From contig CAVYXJ010000009.1 in the NCBI GenBank assembly GCA_963772455.1, forward strand, positions 149,714 to 213,713: a stretch of DNA of 64,000 bases, written 5' to 3'. The stretch comes from Candidatus Bathyarchaeota archaeon. Lineage in GTDB: Archaea > Thermoproteota > Bathyarchaeia > Bathyarchaeales > Bathycorpusculaceae. A program made the position numbers and the translations under genes. Below the pieces are notes generated by a model that saw only the letters and a program-made list of their open reading frames with translations, ran no database searches and was not told the DNA's origin. Numbering within the stretch: position 1 is the stretch's first letter; every line of letters begins with the position of its first letter. Below are positions 63,779 through 64,000 of this stretch, in pieces.

Positions 63779-64000
63779 TTAACTCTCTATGGTTTTCTTG
63801 CCCAAATTAGGACCTTGCTTAACTTCGATGAAAGTTGTATCCTCAGACATTTCAAATCCGTGTCCGCCAACAATTAAAAATATCAAGTCGCCCGTTGACA
63901 AACTCAAAGACTTCACCAACTTTTTGTTTAAATCGTAGAGTTTTACAAGTGCGCTACCGCTTTTGAAATAAATCACTTCTTGGATGCTATTAACTACGAT
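63779..64000 (-). CDS. WbuC-like cupin (partial; 5' end lies off the window)
   Basis: QEVIY..G, GGHGF and EVKQGP. Confidence 0.7.
   Translation of the reverse strand: MVVNSIQEVIYFKSGSALVKLYDLNKKLVKSLSLSTGDLIFLIVGGHGFEMSEDTTFIEVKQGPNLGKKTIES

Overview
Archaeal chromosomal segment, most likely Bathyarchaeia (TACK). The evidence is the 16S sequence, eukaryote-like ribosomal proteins, a PQQ-repeat surface protein and frequent TTG starts. Contents in order: pantoate kinase and an ECF S-component; a core-MetE methionine synthase; an SPFH-NfeD-HtrA-wHTH block; a ~15 kb phosphate/polyphosphate supercluster (CYTH, ppk1, CHAD-metallophosphoesterase-HD fusion, ppx, ppk2, phoU, pstSCAB, AbrB-PhoU regulator, HAD); rpl37e and Lsm; a stand-alone 16S rRNA gene with a canonical bulge-helix-bulge processing stem and no linked 23S; a non-coding stretch with two C-rich-loop hairpin RNA candidates; a rearranged A-type ATP synthase cluster containing a USP and a small coiled-coil ORF; tRNA-Gln(CTG) and tRNA-Arg(TCT); deoxyhypusine synthase; the conserved ftsY-pfdA-LX-eIF6-L31e-L39e-S19e-Rpp21 string; and a nucleotide-sugar/glycosylation locus. 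Many conserved genes are split by small indels, which are probably long-read assembly errors. Features missing from the ORF track include four Cys-rich microproteins (a fifth is on the track), a 24-bp palindromic operator found three times, a decayed sugar dehydrogenase and a likely ATA start for pstA. No CRISPR array or intact mobile element was seen. All calls come from motif recognition by eye; no database searches were run.
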